The position numbers and the translations under genes were made by a program. The notes under the pieces were generated by a model, which saw nothing but the letters and a program-made list of their open reading frames with translations, searched no databases and was not told where the DNA came from. Below are positions 1-12,204 of a DNA stretch of 64,000 nucleotides, one piece after another. The stretch spans positions 64,001 to 128,000 of the forward strand of contig CAWCUS010000005.1 in assembly GCA_963798845.1 (NCBI GenBank). The letters run 5' to 3'. This DNA is from an uncultured Gemmatimonadales bacterium. Lineage in GTDB: Bacteria; Gemmatimonadota; Gemmatimonadetes; Longimicrobiales; RSA9. Every line of letters starts with the position of its first letter. Position 1 is the first letter of the stretch.

Positions 1-215
1 CGGATGCGCACCGTGCGGACCAGGCGGACGCGGACGGGCTGGAGGCGATCGGCCACCCGCGACTCGACCGCAGCGACCCCGTCGCCGGAGAGCGCCCCGG
101 ACGCCGCGGATGGCTGGCTCCCCCACAACACCCGGTAAGCCACGACGACGGCCACGACGATCAGCGCCGCGGCTGCCACGCTCACCCACGGGCTCCCCCT
201 CAGTCGCTCCGCCAT
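1..215 (-). CDS. N-terminal fragment of a membrane-anchored protein, possibly TamB/AsmA-like (runs off the window)
   Basis: ATG at 215 overlaps the Omp85 gene stop (TGATG). It translates MAERLRGSPWVSVAAAALIVVAVVVAYRVLWG..., with one TM helix. TamB identity is inferred only from its position after a TamA-like gene. Confidence 0.5.
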   Translation of the reverse strand, partial: MAERLRGSPWVSVAAAALIVVAVVVAYRVLWGSQPSAASGALSGDGVAAVESRVADRLQPVRVRLVRTVRI

Positions 216-2378
216 CAGAACGCCTGCCCCAGAGCGATGTGCACCTGAAGACGGCTCCAGAAGCCGGGCGGCGGAGGCCGGTATGATTCCGTCGCCCTCT
301 CCACCACGCCCGTCGCGAAGTGCTGGAGGTAGAGTGGTGCGCTCGGGTTGGGGTACGGATTGTAGGCGACATCGACTCGAATCGGCCCCACCGGAGTCAG
401 CACCCTCGTTCCCACCCCCGGCGTGACCCGCCACTGGGATGGCCCCCTGGACAGGGGATCGAGCCCCACTGTCCCGGCATCCACGAAGGCGGCCAGTCCG
501 AAGCGCTGCGGCATGAACGGGGAAGGGAAGCGGAGCTCCGCACTCGCCACGGTCACGGACGTGCCGCCCGTCGGAAGGAAGTCCACACTGAGCGTGTCCG
601 TCGCCACCTCGGCCGCGGAGAGGGTGTCCTGGCTTCCGGTGTACAGCCACACGCCGGGACCGAGCTCGTTGCGCGCGTACCCGCGCACGCTGCTCGCCCC
701 GCCGGCGTAGAAGCGCTCTTCGGGCGGCACGAAGTGGTTCGACCCGATGCTCGCCTTCGTCAGGAAGCTCCCGGTCCGGAGGAAGAGCGCCGCCACCCAG
801 CCGGGCCGGATCTCGTGGTACAGCGCCCCCTCCACGTTCGCCCGCAGGAAATTGTAGTCCGACGCGAGCAGGGGAGAGGCCCACAGCACGCTGCCCCGGA
901 GCGTGTACCCGTCCGTGGGGTCGAGCACCCGGTTGCCCGCGTCGCGGGCCCAGCTCCCCGACAGCGCGTTCCTCCAGCGCACCCTCCCCAGCTCCGCCAG
1001 GTCGCCGGGCGTGCACACCGAGAAGGTCGCGCAGTAGAACGCGGGCGCGGCCTCCGTGCGGCGCCGCTCCAGGTCCAGCGACGCGCTGAGCAGGTCCTTC
1101 CGGCCCATGTTCCGGGAGAACACCAGCCTCGCGCCCTGCGCCACCCGTCGGAACACCCGGGCCTCCGACTGGCGCTCGGCGAATACCGTCGCCACCACGT
1201 TGTTGGTCGGGGCCAGGAAATACGGCTGGCGCAGCTCCACCGCCGCCCGGTAATCGAGCGTCTGGCCGTAGGGAAGATTCGCGTTGGACCCCAGGTTCAC
1301 CTGCTGCGCGCGTCCGGCCGTGCAGATCCGGCTCACCGAGCTCGTCACCTGCAAACGCCGGCCAGCACCCGAGAAGCTCCGGTCCGTCCAGGTCCCTTCC
1401 ACGCGCCCGCAGTCCTGGGTTCCCCAGCCGACGAGCGTGCTCACCACGTGCTCCGGCGCCTCCGTGATCTCGACGGAAACCGTCGCGGTGGTGCTGTCCT
1501 CCGGGGTTCGCTGGAGCGAGTCCGGCGCGACCGCCACCGCGGCCAGCGCCACCATGTCCAGGTTGTACAGGTTGCGCTGGCTCGTGATCAGGTCGCTCCG
1601 ACGCAGCAGGTCCCCCTGTCGGAACGTGAGCTGCCGCATGACCGTGTTCCGGTCCAGAACGTCGTCCCCGACCACGAGCACGGAGTCCACCGCCACCCGG
1701 GGGCCCGGCACGGCCACCAGCCACGCCGTGGCCCGGTCCTGGATCGTGTCCACGGAATAGTTGCGCAGGACCTCGGCATACGGATGGCCGCGCGCATGGA
1801 GAACCGCCGTGATCGTGTCGGCGGATTGCACGAAGTCCCCGATGTCGAACAGATCCCCTGCCTGCAACGGAGATGATCCGCGACAGCGAGTCCGGGTCGG
1901 CTATCCCCTCCGTGCCGTCCACGACCACGGAATCAAGGCGGACGCCGTCCGCCCGGTGGACCACGAAATGGAGCGTGATCGGAGCGTCGTGGCCGCCGGG
2001 CTCATCGATCACCGGCACGACGCGCGTGCCGAAATAGCCGGATTGCCGGTACAGGAGCGAGAGCCGGGAGAGGTCGGAGCCGAGCGTGTAGAGATCGAGG
2101 TGATGCACGTGCAGGCCCCAGTGGGTGCCGGGGATGCAGAACGGCAGAAAGCCGAGCCGGCAGTTCGTCGCCTGCGTCTCGGTGAGCGCATCCAGGGAAT
2201 CCGTGCTGAATGGCGCCGCGTTCTCCCAGGTGACCTTGCCGATCTCGCGGCCCCGATACTCGTCGACCTGCGGATAGACCTGCGCGACACGGGGTTGGGC
2301 GCACGCTCCGGCACCCATGACCCCCACCCCGAGCAGCACCAGCCACGCATGCCGCCGGGCCGCGCTGGATCCATCCAT
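215..2378 (-). CDS. Omp85 family (BamA/TamA/TamL-like) outer-membrane protein with POTRA domains and a lipoprotein signal; one extra base near 1871 splits the frame
   Basis: The C-terminal ORF 215-1867 has RFYAGGASSVRGY, TPVGPIRVDVAY and a terminal LGQAF. The upstream frame from ATG 2378 (AGGAG RBS) gives MDGSSAARRHAWLVLLGVGVMGAGAC... and POTRA-like DLSRLSLLYRQSGYF. The frames join if one base in CGG ATC ATC (T) CCG TTG CAG is removed. Confidence 0.85.
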
Positions 2379-2430
2379 CCACCGGCTCCTTCACAGTCCC
2401 CTGATCCTCCCCGTTCGACGCTCCGCGCAA

Positions 2431-2447
2431 TGCAAGCCACAAGCCAG
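2431..2447 (-). promoter_or_regulatory. Putative sigma-54 (-24/-12) promoter for the Omp85 gene
   Basis: The minus strand reads CTGGCTTGTGGCTTGCA: GG-N10-GC in a TGGC...TTGCA context, about 50 nt upstream of ATG 2378. Confidence 0.5.
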
Positions 2448-2506
2448 TGGCAGGGAAGGGGCGCCGCGCCGCCGACCCGCACCAACTCCCCCGCGCCGGC
2501 ACGACG

Positions 2507-2535
2507 TTGACGTGAACCGGGCCTTGGGATAGCTT
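2507..2535 (+). promoter_or_regulatory. Putative sigma-70 promoter for the TPR gene
   Basis: TTGACG-N17-TAGCTT, about 60 nt upstream of ATG 2595. Confidence 0.6.
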
Positions 2536-2594
2536 TCGCGGCTCGCTACGATCGCCGCGCACGTACGCGGCACACTCCGGTTCTACGCTACAGA

Positions 2595-3359
2595 ATGGCG
2601 AAACATCCGACGTCGTCCCGGGTCCACCGGGAGGAGAAACGGCCCGACGACGCGTTCGTCAACGCGATCCAGACCACCGGCACCTGGGCCGCCGAGAACG
2701 CCCGCGCCCTGATCGTCTTCGGCGTGGTGGCCGCGGTCATGGTCGCCGTCGGCATCTACTGGGTCACGTCCCAGCGTCGCGTCGAGACGGAAGCGGCAGC
2801 CCGCCTCGGCGAGGTCCAGCAGTCGGCGGCCAGCGGCAACGCCCAGCTGGCCATCCGCGACCTGAGGACCTACCTCGAGACCTTCGGCGGGACCCGCGCC
2901 GCACGGGAAGCGCGGCTCGTGCTCGCCGACCTCCTCATCAGCGAGGACTCGGCCCAGCAGGCCGCCTCGGTTCTCGGCAAGCTCGGCCAGGACCTCGACG
3001 ACCCCCTCGGCCTCGCCGCGGCCCGGCTCCAGGCGGCCGCCTACGAGACCATGGGGCAGGCCGACCAGGCCGTCTCGGAGTACGTCCGCATCGCCGCGCA
3101 CGCCCGCTTCACCTTCCAGCGCCGAGAGGCCCTCGCCAATGCCGCGCGCGTCCGCATGCAGACCGGCGATCCGGGAGACGCGGTCCCGTACTACGAGCAG
3201 GTGCTCACCACCTTCGAGCCCGGCGAGAACGGCCGCGACTACTACGTGATGTGGCTCGCTGAGGCCCGGGCCCAGGAACGCGCAGACTCCACTTCTGCCG
3301 CGACCCCGGCAGCGGGCATCCCGGCTCCGGCCCCGGACTCCGTCAACCCCGGCGGTTGA
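2595..3359 (+). CDS. Single-TM tetratricopeptide-repeat protein (YfgM-like ancillary translocon/chaperone)
   Basis: Basic N-terminus, one TM helix (ALIVFGVVAAVMVAVGIYW), then Ala-rich TPR-like helical repeats. Confidence 0.7.
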   Translation: MAKHPTSSRVHREEKRPDDAFVNAIQTTGTWAAENARALIVFGVVAAVMVAVGIYWVTSQRRVETEAAARLGEVQQSAASGNAQLAIRDLRTYLETFGGTRAAREARLVLADLLISEDSAQQAASVLGKLGQDLDDPLGLAAARLQAAAYETMGQADQAVSEYVRIAAHARFTFQRREALANAARVRMQTGDPGDAVPYYEQVLTTFEPGENGRDYYVMWLAEARAQERADSTSAATPAAGIPAPAPDSVNPGG

Positions 3360-3554
3360 GCGAGCGCGGCACCCGCCGGGGCTGACCGGCCCCGGAGCCC
3401 AAAGAACGATATCGCGCGCGACGGCGCAGCCGGATCAACCGGTCCCCGTCGCGCTTCCTTTTCTCACTGCTTTCCTCTCCGGCCCGTTCGCTGGGGAACG
3501 TCGTGGAGGCGCAGCGGGCAGGGTCGCTGCGCCCGAGGAGCGGCCGACCGCCCA

Positions 3555-3582
3555 TGTTCGCATAATATACATTATGTAAACT
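3555..3582. other. dif: dif site (XerC/XerD chromosome dimer resolution site)
   Basis: TGTTCGCATAA-TATACA-TTATGTAAACT has the 11-6-11 layout of E. coli dif (GGTGCGCATAA-TGTATA-TTATGTTAAAT). It is intergenic and AT-rich, lies between convergent genes, and KOPS polarity flips across it. Confidence 0.9.
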
Positions 3583-3702
3583 TGGGCCGGGCCGGGGCCG
3601 GGCCGCGACCTGGCCTTCAGGCCGCTGCCTGGAGGATCTCCCTGCCCCCAAACGGCCCTCGGGACCGGGAAGTCGGGCCGCGGGGTCAGCGGCCCGGTGC
3701 CG

Positions 3703-4350
3703 CTAGGAGCTCGCGGAGTCGGCGGCGGCCGCGGAGGCCGCGTCCCCGGCGAGGCGAGCGATCTCGGACATCAGGCGCCGCTGCGCTTCCGGCAGCTGCG
3801 CGTCGCGGGCGCGTCGATCGTCGAGGCGCGGAAAACGGAGGGGCGTGCCGAACCGAATGCGGACGTCTCCGCGTCGGATGCGGCGGTCCCAGCGAGGCCA
3901 AACGTCGTACGCGCCCCGGATTCCGCACGGTACGACGGGAACGCCGGCCTTGAGGATGAGGCGTATGGTGCCCAGGCGAGGCGCCTGGAGGCGCCCGTCC
4001 CAGCTTCGCTCTCCCTCGATGTAGATCCCGACGCCCTGTCCGTGCCCCAGGTGGCGGAGGACGGTGCGAACGGCCTGCGGGTCGATCTCGAACCGACGTA
4101 CCGGGAAGGATTTGAGGCGCTTCATGAGGCCGCGGAAGAAGCGATCGGAAAACTGTGTGCTCTTGGCCATGGTGTAGATGGGCCGCCGGATCACCGCCTG
4201 GATGAGGATCGGGTCGAGATAGCTCTGGTGGTTGGCGATGAGCAGGAACGGGCCGTTTTCCGGGACGTTCTCGAGGCCGTGGACGTCGAGCCGTCCCAGG
4301 AGGGGCCAGAGCGTGCGCACGAGGCGCTGCGCGAAGCCGTACAGCGTCAT
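3703..4350 (-). CDS. 1-acyl-sn-glycerol-3-phosphate acyltransferase (PlsC/LPLAT family)
   Basis: NHQSYLD (HxxxxD), FPVRR and YIEGERS motifs. ATG 4350 overlaps the upstream stop (ATGA). Confidence 0.85.
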   Translation of the reverse strand: MTLYGFAQRLVRTLWPLLGRLDVHGLENVPENGPFLLIANHQSYLDPILIQAVIRRPIYTMAKSTQFSDRFFRGLMKRLKSFPVRRFEIDPQAVRTVLRHLGHGQGVGIYIEGERSWDGRLQAPRLGTIRLILKAGVPVVPCGIRGAYDVWPRWDRRIRRGDVRIRFGTPLRFPRLDDRRARDAQLPEAQRRLMSEIARLAGDAASAAAADSASS

Positions 4351-4958
4351 CGGCGCGCGACGATCCGGGGTTGGAACTCGAGGATCTCTCCCCTTCCCGT
4401 TCGTCGATAGAAATCCCGCAGCGCGGTGTCGACGAGCACTTCCCACAGGAAGATGGAGTCGTTTTCGAAGCGGAAGGAGACCAGTGGGCGGCCGGACGCC
4501 TTGATCTGGAGGGCGCTGGAGCTGGCCTGCACGGCCGTCAGGCGCTCGAACGGCCATGGGCGCGCCTCCCCCTCATCCGGCGCCCACCGCAGCCCTTCCA
4601 GCGTCATTTCCAGCGTTCCGGGCGCCTCCGCCCCGTACCGCTCGATCCGGTTCAGGTACCGGCCTTCGCCGCGCACCACGTCGCTCCCCTCGACTTCACG
4701 GGCACGCACCCGCGCCGTCCGGACCACGCCTTCCGGCGCGCTCCCCAGCAGGGTCCGGGGGTCCGGCAGCCGGTCCACCCAGTCGGCCGCGGTGCGTTTC
4801 AGGACCCGCCCGTCCGGGAGCACGCAGCGGATGGAAGCGCCCGTGTCACGCTCGTACACGGCGTGGCACGCGACGCAGGCGCCCGGGTGGGCGGGGTCGC
4901 GCAGCGCCCCTACTTCCCCGCACTGGGGGCACGCCCAGAGGAGGTCGGAGAGCGCCAT
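4347..4958 (-). CDS. Hypothetical protein with N-terminal Zn-ribbon (CPQC...CVAC)
   Basis: Two CxxC pairs and coding-like composition; translationally coupled to the acyltransferase. Confidence 0.7.
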   Translation of the reverse strand: MALSDLLWACPQCGEVGALRDPAHPGACVACHAVYERDTGASIRCVLPDGRVLKRTAADWVDRLPDPRTLLGSAPEGVVRTARVRAREVEGSDVVRGEGRYLNRIERYGAEAPGTLEMTLEGLRWAPDEGEARPWPFERLTAVQASSSALQIKASGRPLVSFRFENDSIFLWEVLVDTALRDFYRRTGRGEILEFQPRIVARR

Positions 4959-4964
4959 CAGGGC

Positions 4965-5696
4965 CTAGAGACGTCCGAAGAGGTCGAGGAAGCGGAGCGT
5001 CCAGACGCGCCAGACTGCCTCCCAGATGATTCGCTTCGACATCTTGGATTCGCCCACGTCCCGATCCGCGAACACGATGGGAATCTCGCCGAGGGAGAAT
5101 CCGTTGCGCCAGGCTCGCAGGCTGATCTCGATCTGGAACGCGTATCCCTCAGATCCGACGCGGTCTAAGTCGATTGACCTTAAAACATTGGCGCGGAAGC
5201 ACTTGAACCCTCCAGTCGCATCCGTTACTGGAAGTCCGGTGGCGACGCGCGCATAGAGGTTGGCGAACCAGGAGAGGAGGAGGCGGGACATCGGCCAGTT
5301 GATGACGGTTACGCGGCCGTGGAGGTAACGGGAGCCGAGGACGACGTCGAACTCGCGGACGGCGTCGAGGAACTGCGGGAGGTGGCTGGGGTCGTGTGAG
5401 AAGTCGGCGTCCATCTCGAAGAGGACATCGTAGTCGCGCTCGAGCCCCCATTTGAAGCCGGCGATGTATGCGGTTCCGAGGCCGAGCTTCCCTTCCCTCG
5501 TGAGGACGTGAAGCCGGGGTTGCGCGGCGGCGATCTGCTCGGCGAGCTGGCCGGTTCCGTCGGGCGAGGCGTCGTCGATGATGAGGATCTCGAGGCGCGG
5601 GTCCTGCTCGAGGACGAGGGGGACGAGGCGTCGGATGTTGTCGCGCTCGTTGTAGGTCGGCACGACGACCAGGGCCTTCTCCAGCTTATCTCCCAT
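4965..5696 (-). CDS. Polyprenol monophosphomannose synthase-like GT2 (Ppm1/DPM1)
   Basis: VVVPTYNERDN, DDASPDGT, KLGLGTAY, EMDADFSHDP, DATGGFKC and GESKMS. Confidence 0.9.
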   Translation of the reverse strand: MGDKLEKALVVVPTYNERDNIRRLVPLVLEQDPRLEILIIDDASPDGTGQLAEQIAAAQPRLHVLTREGKLGLGTAYIAGFKWGLERDYDVLFEMDADFSHDPSHLPQFLDAVREFDVVLGSRYLHGRVTVINWPMSRLLLSWFANLYARVATGLPVTDATGGFKCFRANVLRSIDLDRVGSEGYAFQIEISLRAWRNGFSLGEIPIVFADRDVGESKMSKRIIWEAVWRVWTLRFLDLFGRL

Positions 5697-5772
5697 GCCG
5701 TCTTGAAGTTAGCGATGCCGCCGGCTAGGTTGCGGCGACTGCAAAGGTACCCCCTTCCCCGGCCGGCTACAA

Positions 5773-7986
<2,214 letters not shown>

Positions 7987-7987
<1 letters not shown>

Positions 7988-9012
7988 TGCGGGTTCTCGT
8001 CACGGGCGCCGACGGCTTCGTCGGTCAGCACGTGCTCGCCGAGCTGCTCCGTCGCGGGCACGGCGTGGTAGGCGGGATCGCAGGCGAGCGCCCGGCGCCC
8101 GGCACGCTCGGAGAGGACGCCAGGCAGGCTGTCGAATGGGCGCGTTTCGACCTGCGCGACGCCAGCTCCGTGGAGCGGCTGGTGACGGAGTCGGAGCCGG
8201 ACGCGGTCGTCCACCTCGCCGCGGCCTCCTCCGTGTTCAGGAGCTGGCAGGAGCCGGAACATACGTTCGAGGTCAACACCGGCGGAACGCTGAAGCTCCT
8301 GCTGGCCGTGGGCGGCCTCCCGACGCCACTGGTGCGGCGTCCGGTCCTGCTGGTGGGATCCGGTGAGGCCTACGGTCGGTCCGGTACCGAAGCCGACCCG
8401 CTCACCGAGGCGCTCCCGCTTCGCCCGACCAGCCCCTACGCCGCCAGCAAGGCGGCGCAGGAGATGCTGGGCTGGGCGTTCGGCGGCGACCACGCGGTGC
8501 GCATGATACAGACCCGGACCTTCCCGCACCTGGGCCCCGGCCAGGCGGCCACCTTCGTCGCGCCCGACTGGGCCGTGCAGCTCCTGGCCATTGAGCGTGG
8601 GGAGCGACCCGCCACGCTGCGCGTCGGAAACCTGGACGTGGTGCGGGACTTCCTCGATGTTCGCGACGGCGCGGCGGCTTACGCCGACCTCCTGGAGACG
8701 GACACCGCGGCGGGGGTATACAACGTCTGCTCGGGTCGCCCCACGCCGCTGCGAACGCTCCTCGAGGCGCTCGTGCGGGTGGTTGGCGTCCAGGTGACCC
8801 TGGACACGGACCCGGCAAGGCTGCGGCCGGCGGACATCCCGTCGCTGGTGGGTGATCCGACTCGACTGATCGCGGAGACGGGGTGGCGGCCGCATCGCAC
8901 GCTCGACGACACCCTGCGAGACCTCGTCGCCCACCTGCGAGCCGCGCCGGGCGCCCCGGCACAGAGGCGGCCCGGGAGCGAGTCGCGCGAGGGGAGTGAG
9001 GCGCGACCGTGA
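7987..9012 (+). CDS. NAD-dependent epimerase/reductase, Rmd-like (GDP-4-keto-6-deoxy-mannose reductase)
   Basis: VLVTGADGFVG, SPYAASK, FPHLGPGQ, VGNLDVVRDFLDVRD and YNVCSG; directly follows gmd with a TGATG overlap. Confidence 0.75.
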
Positions 9013-9800
9013 GCCTCGGCGGCAAGATCTCGCTCGCGCTGCGGGCTTCCAGGAACGTGCTGCTCGGCGGAAATCTGGCGTCACTGCCGCTGCTGGGCCG
9101 GCCGCGCGCCCTGCTCCGCTACGCCTCGGAAACGCTCTTCGAGTACCAGCTCGAGCACGGCCGCGGCCTGCCTCGCCGCGCCGTCTACGACGCCTTTCCC
9201 CTTTCCGCCGCGGATGTGCGGCTGGCCCGGCTGGGCGGCTACAACTGGCTCCACAGCGAGACGGCCCCGTTCGCCCATGACCTCCTCGGACTCCTGCTCC
9301 TCTGCCGGGCGCTGGAGCCGCGGATCGTCTTCGAGATCGGGACGTTCGTGGGATACACCTCGCTGCACATGGCGCTGAATTCTCCAGCCGACGCCCGGCT
9401 CTTCACGCTCGATCTGCCACCCGACGACCGAGGAACGAGCCTTCGGACCACGGCCACCGACCACAAGCTCATCGACCGGGAGATCGGCCCTGCGCTCTTC
9501 GAAGGCTCCGAGGTGGCCGACCGGGTAGCTCGGCTTTACGGTGACAGCGCCGCGTTCGACTTTTCGCCGTGGCACGGGAAGGTGGACCTGTTCTTCGTGG
9601 ACGGCGCGCATTCGTACGAATACGTCCGTTCCGATACACGGAACGCGCTGCAGTGCGTGCGGCCGGGCGGGGTCGTGGCGTGGCACGACTATGGCCGGCG
9701 CGAGCAGAGCGGCGTCACACGATTCCTGAACGAGTTCGCCCGGGACCACGAGGTGTACGCGGTCCCCAACGGGTCTTTGGCCTACTACCAGGTGGGATGA
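9009..9800 (+). CDS. Class I SAM-dependent methyltransferase (Methyltransf_24-like)
   Basis: FEIGTFVG, DLFFVDGAHSYE and RPGGVVAWHDY. Confidence 0.85.
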   Translation: MSLGGKISLALRASRNVLLGGNLASLPLLGRPRALLRYASETLFEYQLEHGRGLPRRAVYDAFPLSAADVRLARLGGYNWLHSETAPFAHDLLGLLLLCRALEPRIVFEIGTFVGYTSLHMALNSPADARLFTLDLPPDDRGTSLRTTATDHKLIDREIGPALFEGSEVADRVARLYGDSAAFDFSPWHGKVDLFFVDGAHSYEYVRSDTRNALQCVRPGGVVAWHDYGRREQSGVTRFLNEFARDHEVYAVPNGSLAYYQVG

Positions 9801-12190
9801 TGGCAGCGAGAGCCGACGCATCGGATCGGGCCCGCGCAGCCGAGCGCGACCGCCCGGACGCGGGATGGCTGACAGCGTGGACCGCGGCCGCGATCTACTT
9901 CGGGCTGTCCGTGATCTACTTCCTGCCGGCGTTCCTGCCCGGCCGGCACATCTTCGGAAGCGACTACCTCGCCGGCGCGTTCTTCGCCCACGACTTCATC
10001 TCGCAGCGCTTCGCCGCCGGCGCGCTGCCGAAATGGGACCCGTTCCTGTACGGAGGCGTTCCCATGTTCGCCAACCCGGGGAGCGCCTTCTATCCGTTCC
10101 GCTTCCTGGCGGACCTGGTCTTCCCCACCAGCCGGATCTTCCCGGCGATGTTCGTCATTCAGTTCACCCTCGCCGGAATCGGCGCCTACGCCCTCGGCGT
10201 CGAGCTCGGCGCACGACGCTGGGTGGCCTTCATCGTCGGCCTCGCCTTCCAGTTCACCGGCCTGGTCATGTCATTCGTCTTCGCCGGCCACGACGGCCGG
10301 ATCATAGTGGCCACGTTCGCGCCGCTCTTCCTGTTCTTCCTGCACAGGGGCGTGCGGACGGGGAGCATCGCCGCGTTCGCGGGCATGGGCGCGGTGCTCG
10401 GGTTTTCGCTCCTGTCGTTCCAGATCCAGAGCAACTACTACCTGCTGCTGGCGGGGGCGGCGTGGGCCGTGTTCGCGCTGGTGCGGGAGCGGCGCCAGAC
10501 GACGGGCAGGGCGCTGGCCGCCCGCGCCGGGATGGGCCTTGCCGCCGTCGCGCTGGCGTTCGGAATGGCCGCGGTGAACTTCCTCCCGTTCGCCGGCTAC
10601 GTGGATGCCTCGCCCCGGGGCGGCCCTGGACGAGGGTACGAGTACGCCACCTCCTGGTCCATGCCACCGTCCGAGATCAGCGGGCTGGCGTTGCCGGAGC
10701 GGGCCGGGATCCTGGAGAACTACCAGGGGGAGAACCCGTTCAAGCTGCACACCGAGTACGTGGGGGCCGTGATCGTGCTGCTCACGCTCGTAGGCGGCTG
10801 GGTCTCCCGGCGCGACCCGGTGTGGTGGTTCTTCCTGGCCCTCGGGATGTTCGCCCTGACCCTCTCGTTCGGCGGCTACACGCCCATCTACCGGGTGTAC
10901 TACGACCTCCTTCCGGGCACGGCCAAGTTCCGGGCGCCGTCCATCGCCTTCTTCCTGGTCTCCACGGCGCTCGTGGCCATGGCCGGGCTTACGCTCGAGC
11001 GGTTGGCGGCGCTGCGCGAGGGGAGCCGCCGCGATCCCGAGGGCGCGCTGGATGCCGTCCCCTGGATCCTCGTCGGGGCTTCCGTGGTCGCCCTCGTGAT
11101 CCTCCTCGCGGCGGCGGGCGGCAGCGCCGGCGATGCCCGGGCGGCGGCGCTCGCCGGCGGCGCGTTCCGCCTGGCCATCGTGACCTGGCTCGCGTCCGGC
11201 GTACTCTGGCTCTGGCTGCGCGGGTCCGTCCCTTCCGGGGTTGTGGCGGCGACGCTGGCGGTGCTGGTGGTGGTGGACCTGTGGGTCGTGGACCGGCACT
11301 TCTTCGAGACGGTGGAGCCACCGTCCGCCATGTTCGCCGCCGACGGCGTGGTGCACGCGCTGAAGGGCCAGCCCGGTCCATTCCGGGTGTGGGCGCTCCC
11401 GATCAGCGTCGGGAACGCGCCGCCATACCGCAACAACACGAACTACCTCATGTATCACGGCCTGGAGCAGGCTGGCGGGGAGCACGGCAACCAGCTCCAG
11501 CGCTACAACGAGTTCGTGGGCGCCGGGCAAACCAGCTACGTGGACTGGCACAACTTTCTGGGTGACCTCCAGCGCCTCATCCAGGCACCGGCGGGCCCAT
11601 CCGCCGCGCGCGCCAGCTACCTCCGCGCGGCCAACGTGCGGTACATCGTGAGCACGGCCGGGATACCGGGCCTGCCCGAGGTGTATCGCGGTCCCGAGGG
11701 CGCGGTGTACGAGGTGCCGGGCGCGCTGCCACGGGCCTGGCTCGTCGGGCGCGTCGTCGTCGCGTCGGAGGGCCACGAGGCCCTGGGCTTCTTCGACGAC
11801 TCGACCTTCGACCCGGCCAGGACCGCGGTACTGACCGAGCCTCTCGACCCGGCGCTTCCGGACTCACCGCTGCGCGGCGACGCCCGGGTGGCGGAGCACG
11901 CTCCCGACCGCGTCCGCATCGCGACGAACGCCAACCGCACGGCTCTCCTCGTGCTGGCGGACAACTACTACCCGGGATGGCGCGCCACGGTGGATGGCAG
12001 CGACACGCCAGTGCACCTGGTGAATGAGACATTCCGCGGCGTTGTCGTGCCCGCCGGGCGGCACGAGGTCACTTTCGTCTTCCACCCTTCTCCGCTGTAC
12101 ACGGGAGTGGTTGTCACGCTCGTCTCGGCGCTCGTCCTCCTCCTCGCCGCGGCCGTGCCGGCACTCCTTCGTCGACGGGCCGCCGCCTGA
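9797..12190 (+). CDS. YfhO-family polytopic membrane protein (GT-C-type glycosyltransferase)
   Basis: Many TM helices, W.P.LYGG.P..ANP, and a C-terminal LVLADNYYPGWRATVDG...FRGVVVPAGRHEV typical of YfhO. Confidence 0.8.
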   Translation: MMAARADASDRARAAERDRPDAGWLTAWTAAAIYFGLSVIYFLPAFLPGRHIFGSDYLAGAFFAHDFISQRFAAGALPKWDPFLYGGVPMFANPGSAFYPFRFLADLVFPTSRIFPAMFVIQFTLAGIGAYALGVELGARRWVAFIVGLAFQFTGLVMSFVFAGHDGRIIVATFAPLFLFFLHRGVRTGSIAAFAGMGAVLGFSLLSFQIQSNYYLLLAGAAWAVFALVRERRQTTGRALAARAGMGLAAVALAFGMAAVNFLPFAGYVDASPRGGPGRGYEYATSWSMPPSEISGLALPERAGILENYQGENPFKLHTEYVGAVIVLLTLVGGWVSRRDPVWWFFLALGMFALTLSFGGYTPIYRVYYDLLPGTAKFRAPSIAFFLVSTALVAMAGLTLERLAALREGSRRDPEGALDAVPWILVGASVVALVILLAAAGGSAGDARAAALAGGAFRLAIVTWLASGVLWLWLRGSVPSGVVAATLAVLVVVDLWVVDRHFFETVEPPSAMFAADGVVHALKGQPGPFRVWALPISVGNAPPYRNNTNYLMYHGLEQAGGEHGNQLQRYNEFVGAGQTSYVDWHNFLGDLQRLIQAPAGPSAARASYLRAANVRYIVSTAGIPGLPEVYRGPEGAVYEVPGALPRAWLVGRVVVASEGHEALGFFDDSTFDPARTAVLTEPLDPALPDSPLRGDARVAEHAPDRVRIATNANRTALLVLADNYYPGWRATVDGSDTPVHLVNETFRGVVVPAGRHEVTFVFHPSPLYTGVVVTLVSALVLLLAAAVPALLRRRAAA

Positions 12191-12204
12191 GCGCCGGGGC
12201 TCGC

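Larger units (their letters stand above)
520..5759. repeat. KOPS-like octamers (GGGNAGGG) oriented toward dif
   Basis: GGGNAGGG occurs on + at 520, 2453 and 3516 (left of dif). CCCTNCCC occurs on + at 3640, 4391, 5490 and 5752, with more further right. Confidence 0.7.

Noticed and set aside
3360..3700. Possible tRNA, ncRNA or small ORF in the gap around dif
   Set aside because: No cloverleaf or T-loop and no recognisable RNA motif. Only GC hairpins (such as CCGGGGC...GCCCCGG near 3375-3395) and low-complexity ORFs are present.
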